A stretch of DNA of 64,000 nt from an uncultured Gemmatimonadales bacterium (GTDB lineage: Bacteria; Gemmatimonadota; Gemmatimonadetes; Gemmatimonadales; GWC2-71-9): positions 576,001-640,000 of the forward strand of contig CAWJIM010000019.1 of the NCBI GenBank assembly GCA_963842945.1. The letters are read 5' to 3'. The position numbers were made by a program, and so were the translations under genes. The notes under the pieces were generated by a model that worked only from the letters and a program-made list of their open reading frames with translations, was not told where the DNA came from and made no database searches. Positions 32,811 through 42,430 of this stretch are shown here, piece after piece. Position 1 is the first letter of the stretch; every line of letters begins with the position of its first letter.

Positions 32811-34316
32811 GAACCGTCGCTCCGCTGCCTCGCCGTCCGCCAGCGTGATTCCGAGCTTCGACCACATCTCATCAACGCGGCGCTTCGTCTCCTCGTCCAT
32901 CACGATCCGCTCCGGCCACTCGCGATCGAACCCCTCCTCCTTCCACTTCCGCGTGCCGTCGATCCCCATCTTGCTGCCGTACGTGAAGCCACGACTGGAG
33001 TGATCGAGCACGTCCACCGGGCCCATGGTGAAGCGCACGTCGCGCTCGGGGTCGATGTTGTTGAGCGCGATCCACCAGGCCTCGTCGGGGTCCCGGACGT
33101 TCACGTCCTTGTCCACCACGACCATCACCTTGGCGAGCGACATCAGCCCCTGCCCCCAGAGCGCGTTCATCACCTTGTAGGCCTGCCCCGGATACTGCTT
33201 GTCGATCGAGACGAAGACCAGGTTGTGGAAGATCCCCGGCGCCGGCATGTGGTAGTCCACGATCTCCGGCACCGTGAGCCGGAGCAGCGGCAGGAAGATC
33301 CGCTCGGTGGCGTGTCCGAGGTAATAGTCCTCCATCGGCGGACGGCCCACCAGCGTCGCCGGGTAGATCGGGTCGCGCCGGGCGGTGACCGCCGTGACGT
33401 GCACCTTCGGGTAGTAGTCCGCCAGCGAGTAGAACCCGGTGTGATCGCCGAACGGTCCCTCGAGGGCCAGCGGCTCCGCCGGATCGATGTAGCCCTCGAG
33501 CACCAGCTCCGCCTCGGAAGGCACTTCGAGGTCGCAGGTGACCGCCTTCGTCAGGTCCACCGGCTGGCGCCGGAGAAAGCCGGCGAAGAGGAACTCGTCG
33601 ATCGTCGGGGGCAGCGGGGCGGAGCCGGAGTAGATGCTGGCCGGATCGCCTCCGAGGGCGATCACCACCGGCATGCGCTCGCCGGCGGCCGCCATCTCGC
33701 GCCAGTGCGCCGCCCCGACCTTGTGCCGCTGCCAGTGCATCGCGAGCGTGTTCCGGCCCAGCACCTGGATCCGATACATCCCGACGTTCCGGATCCCGCG
33801 GGCCGGATCGCGGGTGATGACCATGGGGAGCGTGATGTAGCGCCCGCCGTCGCCGGGCCAGGTCGTGAGAAACGGAATGTCGTCGAGGTTCACGGCATCG
33901 CCGCGCAGCACCACCTCCTGGCAGGGCGCGCGTCCGCCCCGCACGCGCGGCGGAAACTTCCCCACCTCGGCCAGCTTGGGCAGCATGGCCAGCTTGCCGA
34001 AGAGGCCCTCCGGGACCTTCATCTCCAGGAGCTCGGAGATCCTCCCGCCGATGGTCTCCAGGTCCTCCACGCCGAGCGCGAGGCACATGCGGCGCATGGA
34101 GCCGAAGAGATTGATGGCCACCGGATGGGGGCTCCGCCGCCCGTCCTCGAGCAGCACGTGCTCGAAGAGCAGGGCGGGCCCGCCGCCGGGGCTCTTCATG
34201 CAGCGATCCGCGATCTCCGCCACCTCCAGGCGCGCGCGCACCGGATGCGAGACGCGGACCAGCTCGCCCGCGGCCTCGATGGCCTGGAGGAACTCCCGGA
34301 GGTTAGCGAGCGCCAC
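32807..34316 (-). CDS. ubiD: UbiD-family decarboxylase (menaquinone, MqnL-like); expected stop at 32807-32809 is out of frame
   Basis: GPALLFE, RNVGMYR, EGPFGDHTGFY, GRPPMED, KMGIDGT. Confidence 0.92.
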
Positions 34317-34319
34317 CGA

Positions 34320-35048
34320 TTACACCCTCGTCCCGACGTGCAGCGCCGTCACTCCGCCCAGGTGCAGCCGGTAGCTCACGTCCGTGAATCCCGCGCACTC
34401 CAGGCGATGCACCAGCTCCGCCGGAGCGGGGAACGTCCGGGTCGACTCTGGAAGCCAGGTATAGGCACTCGTATGTTTCGAGATCAATCGGCCGATCCAG
34501 GGCAACACCCGGTTGAAGTAGAAGAGGTACAGGCGCCGGAGCCCCGGATGCGGAGGCAGGGTCATCTCCAGGATCACAAGGCGTGCGCCCGGCTTGAGCA
34601 CGCGCGCGGCTTCCCTGAGTCCGTCATCCAGGTCGACCAGGTTCCGCGCGCCCCATCCGACCAACGCTCCGTCGAAGGTCCGATCCGGAAACGGGAGGAC
34701 CAGCGCATCGGCGACCACCGGCGCGAGCCGGGGCGACTTGCTCCGGCCAAGGCTGAGCATGCGCTGGACGAAGTCGGCCCCGACGATCCGACCCCGGAAC
34801 CCGCGTCTGCCGGCGAGCATGGCGCCGAAGTCGAGGGTGCCGGCGCACAGATCCAGATACATTCCCTCCGGCGCCCGCTCCCACCCCAGTCGCCTCACCG
34901 CGTCGCGCCGCCACCGTTGATCCAGCCCCAGGCTGATGATGCGGTTGAGCCGGTCGTACGTGGGCGCGATGGCGGTGAACATATCGCGGACGTAAGTCCG
35001 CTTCTCGGGCCCGCCGGAAACGGGTAACTTACGATCCGAGGCTAACAT
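34320..35048 (-). CDS. Menaquinone/ubiquinone C-methyltransferase (MenG/UbiE)
   Basis: MFTAIAPTYDRLN, LDLCAGT, ADALVLPF, RVLKPG, AYTWLPES. Confidence 0.92.
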   Translation of the reverse strand: MLASDRKLPVSGGPEKRTYVRDMFTAIAPTYDRLNRIISLGLDQRWRRDAVRRLGWERAPEGMYLDLCAGTLDFGAMLAGRRGFRGRIVGADFVQRMLSLGRSKSPRLAPVVADALVLPFPDRTFDGALVGWGARNLVDLDDGLREAARVLKPGARLVILEMTLPPHPGLRRLYLFYFNRVLPWIGRLISKHTSAYTWLPESTRTFPAPAELVHRLECAGFTDVSYRLHLGGVTALHVGTRV

Positions 35049-35056
35049 AGGCGCAG

Positions 35057-35086
35057 AATGTAGTCCCGCCGCCGGAGCCTTGGCAA
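35057..35086 (-). promoter_or_regulatory. Putative sigma70 promoter of the menaquinone operon
   Basis: TTGCCA-18 nt-TACATT, 8 nt before ATG, no SD. Confidence 0.5.
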
Positions 35087-35098
35087 GCCGGACGGACG

Positions 35099-35701
35099 AT
35101 GGCTGAGGCGCCGGAATGGGCCCGGCTCACCGACCAGGAGGTCGTCCTGCTCGCCCGGGGTGGGCGGGAGGCGGCGTACCGGGAGCTGGTGCGTCGCTAC
35201 GAGCGGCCGGTGTTCGCTCTCCTCTACCGCATGGTGCGCGACCGGGAGCTGGCGGAGGATCTGGCGCAGGAGACCTTCGTCAAGGCGCTCAACGCCATCG
35301 ACTCCTATCGTCCGGAATTCAAGTTCTCGTCCTGGATCTTCAAGATCGCGAACAACGCGGCCATCGATCACCTCCGCCGCCGCGAGCTCGATACCCTCTC
35401 GCTGGACGGCTCGCCCCACGCGGAGACGCCGGAGGCGATGCAAGCCACCGCACTCCAGATCGGCGCGCGACAGGAGTCCCCGCTCGACGCGGTGGAGGCG
35501 AAGGAGCTCGGCGGGGCGATCGAGGCGGCCATCGGCCGGCTGCGGCCCGAGTACCGCTCCTGCATTCTGCTGCGCCATGTGGAGGGACGGGCCTACGAGG
35601 AGATCGCCGAGATCCTGGATCTCCCGCTGGGCACGGTAAAGACCTATATCCATCGCGCCCGCAACGAGCTGCGGCTCGCGCTGGCGCATCTGAGAGAATG
35701 A
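35099..35701 (+). CDS. ECF RNA polymerase sigma factor (SigW/RpoE-like)
   Basis: AEDLAQETF, FSSWIFKIANN, YEEIAEILDLPLGTVKTYIHRAR. Confidence 0.95.
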   Translation: MAEAPEWARLTDQEVVLLARGGREAAYRELVRRYERPVFALLYRMVRDRELAEDLAQETFVKALNAIDSYRPEFKFSSWIFKIANNAAIDHLRRRELDTLSLDGSPHAETPEAMQATALQIGARQESPLDAVEAKELGGAIEAAIGRLRPEYRSCILLRHVEGRAYEEIAEILDLPLGTVKTYIHRARNELRLALAHLRE

Positions 35702-35738
35702 AACCTCTGCCCGACCCCGACCGTAGGAGGGTCCACTT

Positions 35739-36335
35739 ATGACCCCGGCTCCCGGCCCCCACCTCTCGCCGGACGACGTCGAGCTCTGGCTCACCGGCAC
35801 CCTCGACGCCGCTCGCACCCGACACCTCGAGCTGTGCCCGGAGTGTTTCGACCGCGCCCAGGCCGAGCGGGAGATCGTCGAGCAGCTGGCCGCCCTACCA
35901 TTGATGGCACCGTCGCTCGGCTTCGAAGATCGGGTGATGGCGCGGGTCACCGTGGCCGATCCGTTCGCGCTCCGCTCGCTGCGGCAGCGGATCTTCGCGA
36001 GCCGCCGCTCCATGGCGATCGCGGCCAGCCTCGCGCTGGCGCTGGTCGGGTCGATGGCAGCCAGCGTCGCCTGGAGCCTGGCCAACCAGGAGATCCTGAT
36101 CTCCGCGGGCAACTGGGTCCTGGCGCAGGGTAGCCAGGCAGGGTGGTTCGCCCTTCGGGGTCTCGCCTCCAACTTCATCGAACAGCCGTGGTACGAGAGC
36201 GCACGCGCCTTCGCCGACCATCCGGGTCGTCTGGCCGCGGCGCTGGGCGCGCTCACGCTCACCTACCTGAGCGGGATGTTCGCGCTGCGTCGCCTGCTGG
36301 CTCTGCCGTCCCAGCAGGTGGCCCATGCCGCCTAG
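35739..36335 (+). CDS. Zn-binding (ZAS-like) membrane anti-sigma factor
   Basis: HL...HLELCPEC motif, TM helices, directly downstream of the ECF sigma. Confidence 0.8.
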   Translation: MTPAPGPHLSPDDVELWLTGTLDAARTRHLELCPECFDRAQAEREIVEQLAALPLMAPSLGFEDRVMARVTVADPFALRSLRQRIFASRRSMAIAASLALALVGSMAASVAWSLANQEILISAGNWVLAQGSQAGWFALRGLASNFIEQPWYESARAFADHPGRLAAALGALTLTYLSGMFALRRLLALPSQQVAHAA

Positions 36336-37627
36336 CGGCGCGGGGGCCCGCGCCCGCACTCTCGCGCGAGCACTGGCGCTGCTCGCGCTGCTGGTCCTGT
36401 CACCCCGCCTCGCGAGCGCCGAGCCCGTCGGTGCCCGCAGGGGAGACCGCCGTGCACCTGGTCCGGAATTTCTGGGACCTGGTCGCGAGTCAGCAGGGCG
36501 AGGAGCGCACGGCCCGTCCGGAGTCCCGGGCCATCGAGCCCGCGCCTCAGGGCGCCGCACCGGTCGACCTCAGCGACCTCTCCAACCCCGCCCGGATCGA
36601 GAGCCGCCTCAAGTCCGCGCTCGCACCGCGGGACGGCGCCGTCCGCCTGACCGTCTCCGAAGGCGCGGCGAGGCTGGGCGACTACCGGATCGGGGCCGCC
36701 GACGCGATCGAGGGTCACCTGCTCGTGGTGCAGGGCGACGCGGACGTGTACGGCCGCCTGCACGGCAACCTCGTCACGGTGGATGGCGACGTGATCGTGC
36801 ACCCGGGCGCGCTGGTCTCGGGCGACATCCTCGCGCTGGGCGGGATGGTGCACGACATGGGCGGGGAGATCGGGGGCGAAGTTCGGACGCTTCGTCACAC
36901 CTCGATCGTCGCGCCGCTGCGCGCCGTCGCCGCTCCGGAGCCGACCGCGCTGGAAACGATCGGCCGGAGACTCGCGGGCGTCGTCGGGGTGTTCCTCACG
37001 CTCGCCGTGCTCGGCTTCGGGCTGGTGATGTTCGGTCGCCCCAATCTCGAAGTGATCTCCGATACCGCCTCGCATTCCTTCGGCCGCGCCTTCGTGACCG
37101 GCCTGCTGGGACAGATCCTGGTGATCCCCACCTTCGGCATGGTGATCGTGGGCCTGATCCTGAGCGTGGCCGGCATCCTGCTGCTGCCGTTCGCGGTCGC
37201 GGTATACGCCCTGCTGGTGATCGTCGGGGCGCTGGGCGGTTTCCTGGGCGTGGCGCACGCGATGGGCGAGACCTATACCCGGCGCCGGATGGCACTGGGC
37301 GCGATGATCGGCTCGCCGAACAGCTATCGCTACCTCGTGGTGGGCCTGGGCGCCGTGGCGGTGCTGTGGCTGGCGTGGTCGCTCTTCGGGTGGGTGCCGG
37401 TGGCGGGCACGCTGATCGGGGGCGCGGCCTTCCTCGCGACCTGGCTGCTGGCCACGGCCGGCTTCGGCGCCGCCCTGCTCAGTCGCGCGGGGATCCGGGA
37501 GAACTTCGCGGGCCGCCTCATCCCGCCCGAGGCGCTCACCGACGAGTATCTCTGGGCCACCCCGCAGTTCGGAGTTCCCGCCGCGCGCCGGCCCGGCGGC
37601 GGGCGGACGCCCACGCGGGGGCTCTGA
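36325..37627 (+). CDS. Membrane protein with bactofilin-like beta-helix; apparent frameshift at ~36425
   Basis: Signal-like N-terminus from ATG 36325; GDADVYG/GNLVTVDGDV/SGDILALGG repeats then about 5 TM helices in another frame. Confidence 0.65.
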
Positions 37628-38472
37628 TGTACCGCGTCGCCCTCGCGGTGCTTGCCCTCGTGGCGGGCGCGACGAGCGCCTCCGCGCAGAGCATGCGCTC
37701 GTTCTCCACCTTCCGACAGCTCCACGGCGAGACCCGCCTGCAGGTGGGGCTCGACTACCGCGCCGGCGGCCTCCGGATCACACCGGGCCGCGCCAGCGAG
37801 CTCTACCGGATGGACGCATCGTACGACGAGGACCGCTATGCGCCCACCAGCACCTATGACGCCGCGCGTGGGATCGTGACCCTCGGGCTCCAGCCGGCCG
37901 GCGCGGGCGGCCTGCGGGTCGTCTCCACCCGTCAGCTCCGCCAGGACGCGACGGTGGCCTTCGCGCCCTCGGTAGACCTCGACCTCGCGCTCGCCCTCGG
38001 GGCGGTGCGGGCGGATATCGAGCTGGGTGGTCTCAACCTCACCGCGCTCACTATGGAAGCGGGCGCGAGTCAGGCCGTGGTCAGGTTCTCGGAGCCGAAC
38101 CTCTCGCGCTGCCGCGCAGCCGAGATCACGGCAGGGGCCGCCGAGCTCACGGTGCTCGGGCTGGGCAACAGCCGCTGCGACCGGTTCTCGCTCGAAGGCG
38201 GAATGGGCAAGATCACGCTCGACTTCGCGGGCGCGTGGACCTCCAGCACCGCGGCGGAAATCAAGATGGCCATGGGCGAGCTGACCCTGCGGCTTCCCCG
38301 GAACGTCGGCGTGCGGCTTACCCTCGACCGATTTCTCGCGAGCTTCGACCCGGCCGGGCTGGTTCGGACCGGGAAAGCCTTCGAGTCGCCCGGCTACGAT
38401 CGAGCCGAGCGGACGCTGGACATCGACCTGACGACGGCGGTGGGCGGGGTGAAGGTGGAGTGGGTGAAGTAA
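37627..38472 (+). CDS. Secreted LiaG/LiaF-like beta-solenoid protein
   Basis: Signal peptide ending ASAQ; repeats AGAAELTV, GGMGKITLDF, MAMGELTLRLP; TGATG coupling. Confidence 0.65.
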   Translation: MYRVALAVLALVAGATSASAQSMRSFSTFRQLHGETRLQVGLDYRAGGLRITPGRASELYRMDASYDEDRYAPTSTYDAARGIVTLGLQPAGAGGLRVVSTRQLRQDATVAFAPSVDLDLALALGAVRADIELGGLNLTALTMEAGASQAVVRFSEPNLSRCRAAEITAGAAELTVLGLGNSRCDRFSLEGGMGKITLDFAGAWTSSTAAEIKMAMGELTLRLPRNVGVRLTLDRFLASFDPAGLVRTGKAFESPGYDRAERTLDIDLTTAVGGVKVEWVK

Positions 38473-38498
38473 CCGTACAGAGTCACTAGCTTCAAACC

Positions 38499-39110
38499 AT
38501 GTCCCCCCTCGAGACCCTGGGCTTCGCCCTCGGCACCTCGTTCGCGTCCGGCCTCAACCTGTACGCCACGGTAGCCGCCGCCGGGCTGTTCCAACGGCTG
38601 GGCATCGTGACCCTGCCCGAGCCCCTCGCGGTGCTCGCGCACCCGGTGGTGATCGGCGTCGCGATCACGCTGTTCGTGGTCGAGTTCATCGCGGACAAGA
38701 TCCCGTACGTGGACAGCGCCTGGGACGCGGTACACACTTTCATTCGTCCGCCCGCGGCCGCGATCCTCTCCTACAGCGCGTTCTCCGAGGGTTTTCCCGA
38801 GGAATGGAAGCTGGCAGCGGCATTGCTCGCCGGGAGTGTCGCCCTCACCTCCCACGGCGCCAAGGCGAGCACCCGCGCGGCGGCCAATGCCAGTCCGGAG
38901 CCGCTGAGCAACTGGACGCTGAGCGTGCTGGAGGACGGCTTCGCTGTATTCCTGGCCTGGATGGCGGCGGAGCACCCGCTCCTCACGGCGATGATCGTCG
39001 TGGTGCTGGTGATCCTCTCCGTGTGGGTGATCTGGACGCTGTTCGGCTACTTGCGGCGCGCGCTCGCGAGACTCAGGCAGGGCCCGGGGACTAGCCCAGC
39101 CGGGCCCTGA
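38499..39110 (+). CDS. DUF4126-family membrane protein
   Basis: ASGLNLYA, EFIADKIPYVDSAWD, HTFIRP, LSVLED. Confidence 0.85.
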   Translation: MSPLETLGFALGTSFASGLNLYATVAAAGLFQRLGIVTLPEPLAVLAHPVVIGVAITLFVVEFIADKIPYVDSAWDAVHTFIRPPAAAILSYSAFSEGFPEEWKLAAALLAGSVALTSHGAKASTRAAANASPEPLSNWTLSVLEDGFAVFLAWMAAEHPLLTAMIVVVLVILSVWVIWTLFGYLRRALARLRQGPGTSPAGP

Positions 39111-39849
39111 TCCTTCCTCCGACCCCCATCCCCAGCCGACGGGCCGCGGAGCCGTCCCGCACCGCGATCTCGACCTGGCCGCCCGACCCCAGATAGGCCA
39201 CCAGACCGCCGGTGGGCACGTCGCCGTAGGTGCGGCGGAGCGGTCCCACCTCGAGCCCTTCGACCTCGATCACGGCATAGGGCGGCACCAGCTCGGGTGT
39301 GAGGTTGGTGACCAGCGTGCCGAAGCGGTCCACGTACACCACCTGGCCCATCACGCTCTTGCCCTCGTGGTGCGGCTCCCGGTAGGCCAGCCGGACGGGC
39401 ATCCCGCCGAAGGGCGGGCCCAGCTCCGCGAGCGTGGCGCCCGCCGCCAGGGCGGCCGCCGCGGGCGCGAAGACGTCGCGTCCGTGGAAGGTCGGCGATG
39501 CGCCGTCGGGTGTCGGCAGGACGACGATCTGCACCTCGGCGTCGCGCAGGACCAGCGTGAACAGGCCGTTGTCGGGACCGACGAAGTAGTGCCCGTGCGC
39601 GGCGACGGCGAGCCCGGCGCGCCCGGTACCGACTCCGGGGTCCACCACGGCGAGGTGAACCGTGCCGCTGGGGAACCGCGGCCAGGCCCGGCCCAGCAGG
39701 TAGGCACCGGCTCGCACGTCGCCCGGCGGCACCGCGTGGGTCACATCCACCAGGGTGAGCCCCGGGGCGGCGCTCAGGAGCGCGCCCTTCACTTCGGCGA
39801 CGTAGGAGTCGCTGGTTCCGAAATCGGTGAGGAGAGTGACGAGGCCCAG
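39091..39849 (-). CDS. SAM hydroxide adenosyltransferase / SAM-dependent halogenase family (DUF62)
   Basis: LLTDFG..D.YV, VVDPGVG, GPDNG, TFHGRDVF, DRFG. Only CTG 39849 precedes the conserved N-terminus. Confidence 0.9.
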   Translation of the reverse strand: MGLVTLLTDFGTSDSYVAEVKGALLSAAPGLTLVDVTHAVPPGDVRAGAYLLGRAWPRFPSGTVHLAVVDPGVGTGRAGLAVAAHGHYFVGPDNGLFTLVLRDAEVQIVVLPTPDGASPTFHGRDVFAPAAAALAAGATLAELGPPFGGMPVRLAYREPHHEGKSVMGQVVYVDRFGTLVTNLTPELVPPYAVIEVEGLEVGPLRRTYGDVPTGGLVAYLGSGGQVEIAVRDGSAARRLGMGVGGRIRARLG

Positions 39850-39855
39850 CGCGGG

Positions 39856-40965
39856 TCAGCCTCGGAGAATCGGCAGGGCGACGGCGCGGCCGGAGGTCTT
39901 GCGCTGAAGCTGGTCGGCCACCGCTTGAAGCTCCGCCGCCGCGGGGCTCGCCGGCTCGGCCACGAGGATCGGCTGACCCGCGTCGGCCAGCTCGGCCAGG
40001 CGAGGCTGAAGCGGCACGCTGCCGAGCAGGTCAACCCCCAACTCGTCGGCGAGGCGACGCCCGCCGCCGGAAGAGAACAGCTCGAACCGGCGGCCGCTGT
40101 CCGGATCCACGAAGCCGCTCATGTTCTCCACGATGCCGAGCACCGGCACGCCGACCCGCTCGAACATCCGGGCCCCGCGGAGTGCGTCGCCCACCGCCAT
40201 CTCCTGCGGCGTGGTGACGATCAGCGCCCCGGACACGTGGGTCGCCTGCACCAGCGAGAGCTGGGCGTCGCCGGTGCCGGGCGGGAGGTCCACGAGGAAG
40301 TAGTCCAGTGGCCCCCACTCCACGTCGCGCAGGAACTGCTGCACGATCTTCATGATGATGGGGCCGCGCCAGATCGCGGGCACGTCCCGCTCCACCAGGA
40401 AGCCCAGGGACATGAGGCGCACGCCGTAGGCCTCGAGCGGCTGGATCTTGCCGCCGACCACCGGCGGGCGCTCGGAGACCCCGAACATGCGGGGGATGTT
40501 GGGGCCGTACACGTCCGCGTCCATCAGCCCGACGCGCCGTCCCGCCGCCGCGAGCGCGACGGCCAGGTTGGCGGAGACGGTGGACTTCCCCACTCCGCCC
40601 TTCCCCGAGGAGATCGCGATGATCCGACCGAGGTCGGGCATCTCGGGCGCGGGCGGCGGCTGCGCCGGTCCGGCGTCGCCGGCACCGGGCGGGCCATGCG
40701 TCACCTTGGCCGGCCCCGAGGGGTTGCTCACCGCGATCTTGATCGCGTCCCGCCGCACGCCCTCGATCTCCTGCACCGCCGCGCGCGCCTGGCGCACCAG
40801 GGTCGCGGGATCGTCGGGGGCCAGCAGGAAGGTGAAGCTCACCGCGCCGTCGTCGCCTACGACGAGGTCGCGGACCATGCCGGCGGACAGCAGGTCGTTG
40901 TCGAGTCGGGGATTCCGGATGCGGGCGAGGGCGGCGGCAACCTGGGCTTGCAGCGGCTCCGCCAT
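39856..40965 (-). CDS. mrp: Mrp/ApbC Fe-S cluster carrier ATPase
   Basis: SGKGGVGKST, DADVYGP, WRGP, DLPPGTGD, VTTPQ, ENMS. Confidence 0.93.
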   Translation of the reverse strand: MAEPLQAQVAAALARIRNPRLDNDLLSAGMVRDLVVGDDGAVSFTFLLAPDDPATLVRQARAAVQEIEGVRRDAIKIAVSNPSGPAKVTHGPPGAGDAGPAQPPPAPEMPDLGRIIAISSGKGGVGKSTVSANLAVALAAAGRRVGLMDADVYGPNIPRMFGVSERPPVVGGKIQPLEAYGVRLMSLGFLVERDVPAIWRGPIIMKIVQQFLRDVEWGPLDYFLVDLPPGTGDAQLSLVQATHVSGALIVTTPQEMAVGDALRGARMFERVGVPVLGIVENMSGFVDPDSGRRFELFSSGGGRRLADELGVDLLGSVPLQPRLAELADAGQPILVAEPASPAAAELQAVADQLQRKTSGRAVALPILRG

Positions 40966-41195
40966 CAGACCGCCTCCACGTGCTTGACCTCGGGCACCAT
41001 CTCGCGGAGCCGCGCTTCGATGCCCTGGCGCAGCGTCACCGTGGACGCGGCGCAGCCGTGGCAGGTGCCACCGAGCCGCAGCAACAGCACGCCATCGCCC
41101 TCGTCGAAATCCACGACCTCGACGTGCCCGCGGTGGGACGCGATGTAGGGCCGGAGCGTGTCCAGCGTGCGCTCGATGCGATCAATCAGGTCCAT
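40965..41195 (-). CDS. NifU C-terminal domain (Nfu-like) protein
   Basis: LRPYIASHRG, GTCHGC, TLRQGIE. Confidence 0.9.
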   Translation of the reverse strand: MDLIDRIERTLDTLRPYIASHRGHVEVVDFDEGDGVLLLRLGGTCHGCAASTVTLRQGIEARLREMVPEVKHVEAV

Positions 41196-41257
41196 GCGCC
41201 ACCGGTCGCCGAATTCCTACTTCCATAGTCGGCAATATAGGTCGACCGGGGGGGCGG

Positions 41258-42295
41258 TCAACCGCGGGAAGAGGAGGGGCTGCCGTTATTCCCAAGGTAC
41301 TCGCGCGCGGCGGCGAGGACAGTCGTCTGCACCTGCGCCAGCGAGCCGGTGATCGCGAGCCCGGCCGCCTTGGTGTGTCCGCCGCCGCCGAAGCGCTTGG
41401 CGAAGGCGGCGACGTCCACCGGGCCGATGGAGCGGAGGGAGACCTTGACCCGGCCCTGGCTCACCTCGCGGAAGAGGAGCGCCATGCGCACGCCCTCGAT
41501 CGAGCGGGGGAACTCGACCACGCCGTCGAGATCGTCCGAAGAGACACCCAGCCGCTCGATCGCGCCGGGCGGCACCGTCACCCACGCGAGACCGTGCTCC
41601 GGCTCCACCACCAGCGTCTGCAGCGCCTCGGCGAAGAGCCGAGGGCGGCCCTCGGGCGCGCGGGCGTAGACCTCGAGGTAGATCTCCTCGGGGTCGACGC
41701 CGGTCTCGAGCAGCTCCGCGGCGATCCGGAGCGTGCGCGGGCGGGTGTTGCTGAACCGGAAGCCGCCGGTATCGGTGAGGATCGCGACATAGAGCCCGCG
41801 CGCCGCCGCCTGGTCGAGCGGCCAGCCGTTCGCGAGCGCCAGCTCGAACACCAGCTCGCCGGTCGCGGCGGCCTCGGAGTCCACGTAGCGCGGCCCGTCG
41901 GGCAGCACCCCCATCCCGACGTGGTGGTCGATGCAGCCGACCGGCACGCCCCGCGCGCGAACGTGCTCGCCCAGCATGCCGAGCCGGCCCAGGTCGCCGA
42001 TGTCGAGCACCACGATCCGGTCGGCGCGGCGGATCTCCTTCACCGCTTCCCCGGTCTTCTCCACTCCCGGCAAGTCCTCGAACAGGAACATGAACCGCGG
42101 CGGCGTGGGGGTCGGATTGGTGACCACGACGTCGACGCCGCGCGCCTTCAGCAGGTGAGCCAGACCCGCCTCGCTGCCGAGGCCGTCGCCGTCGGGATTG
42201 ACGTGGGTCGTGAGGCAGACGCGCTGTCCAGGATGGAACGTGGCGGCGAAGGCGCGCGCGGCCTCGACGCGGTCGGGGGGAAGCGAGAACGGCAT
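41258..42295 (-). CDS. nrnA: DHH/DHHA1 phosphoesterase (NrnA-like)
   Basis: HVNPDGD, IDHH, TDTGGFRF, KVSLRS, GGGGH. Confidence 0.88.
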   Translation of the reverse strand: MPFSLPPDRVEAARAFAATFHPGQRVCLTTHVNPDGDGLGSEAGLAHLLKARGVDVVVTNPTPTPPRFMFLFEDLPGVEKTGEAVKEIRRADRIVVLDIGDLGRLGMLGEHVRARGVPVGCIDHHVGMGVLPDGPRYVDSEAAATGELVFELALANGWPLDQAAARGLYVAILTDTGGFRFSNTRPRTLRIAAELLETGVDPEEIYLEVYARAPEGRPRLFAEALQTLVVEPEHGLAWVTVPPGAIERLGVSSDDLDGVVEFPRSIEGVRMALLFREVSQGRVKVSLRSIGPVDVAAFAKRFGGGGHTKAAGLAITGSLAQVQTTVLAAAREYLGNNGSPSSSRG

Positions 42296-42342
42296 GTGGG
42301 GGAAGATAACGAAGGCGCGACAGGCGAACAGGCGGACTACGC

Positions 42343-42403
42343 TGTCATCCCGAGCGAAGCGAGGGATCATGCCGACTGGCGCCCTTCGCTCGCTCGGATG
42401 ACA
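42343..42403. repeat. Palindromic repeat element copy 4 (TGTCATCC variant)
   Basis: TGTCATCCCGAGCGAAGCGAGGG...CCCTTCGCTCGCTCGGATGACA. Confidence 0.8.
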
Positions 42404-42430
42404 GCGTGGGGCTGGTTCCTGCTCTCCTGT

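Noticed and set aside
39091..39849. Fluorinase/chlorinase secondary-metabolite locus
   Set aside because: Housekeeping context (mrp, nifU-like) and the TFHGRD motif fit the widespread DUF62 SAM hydrolase; no biosynthetic cluster nearby.
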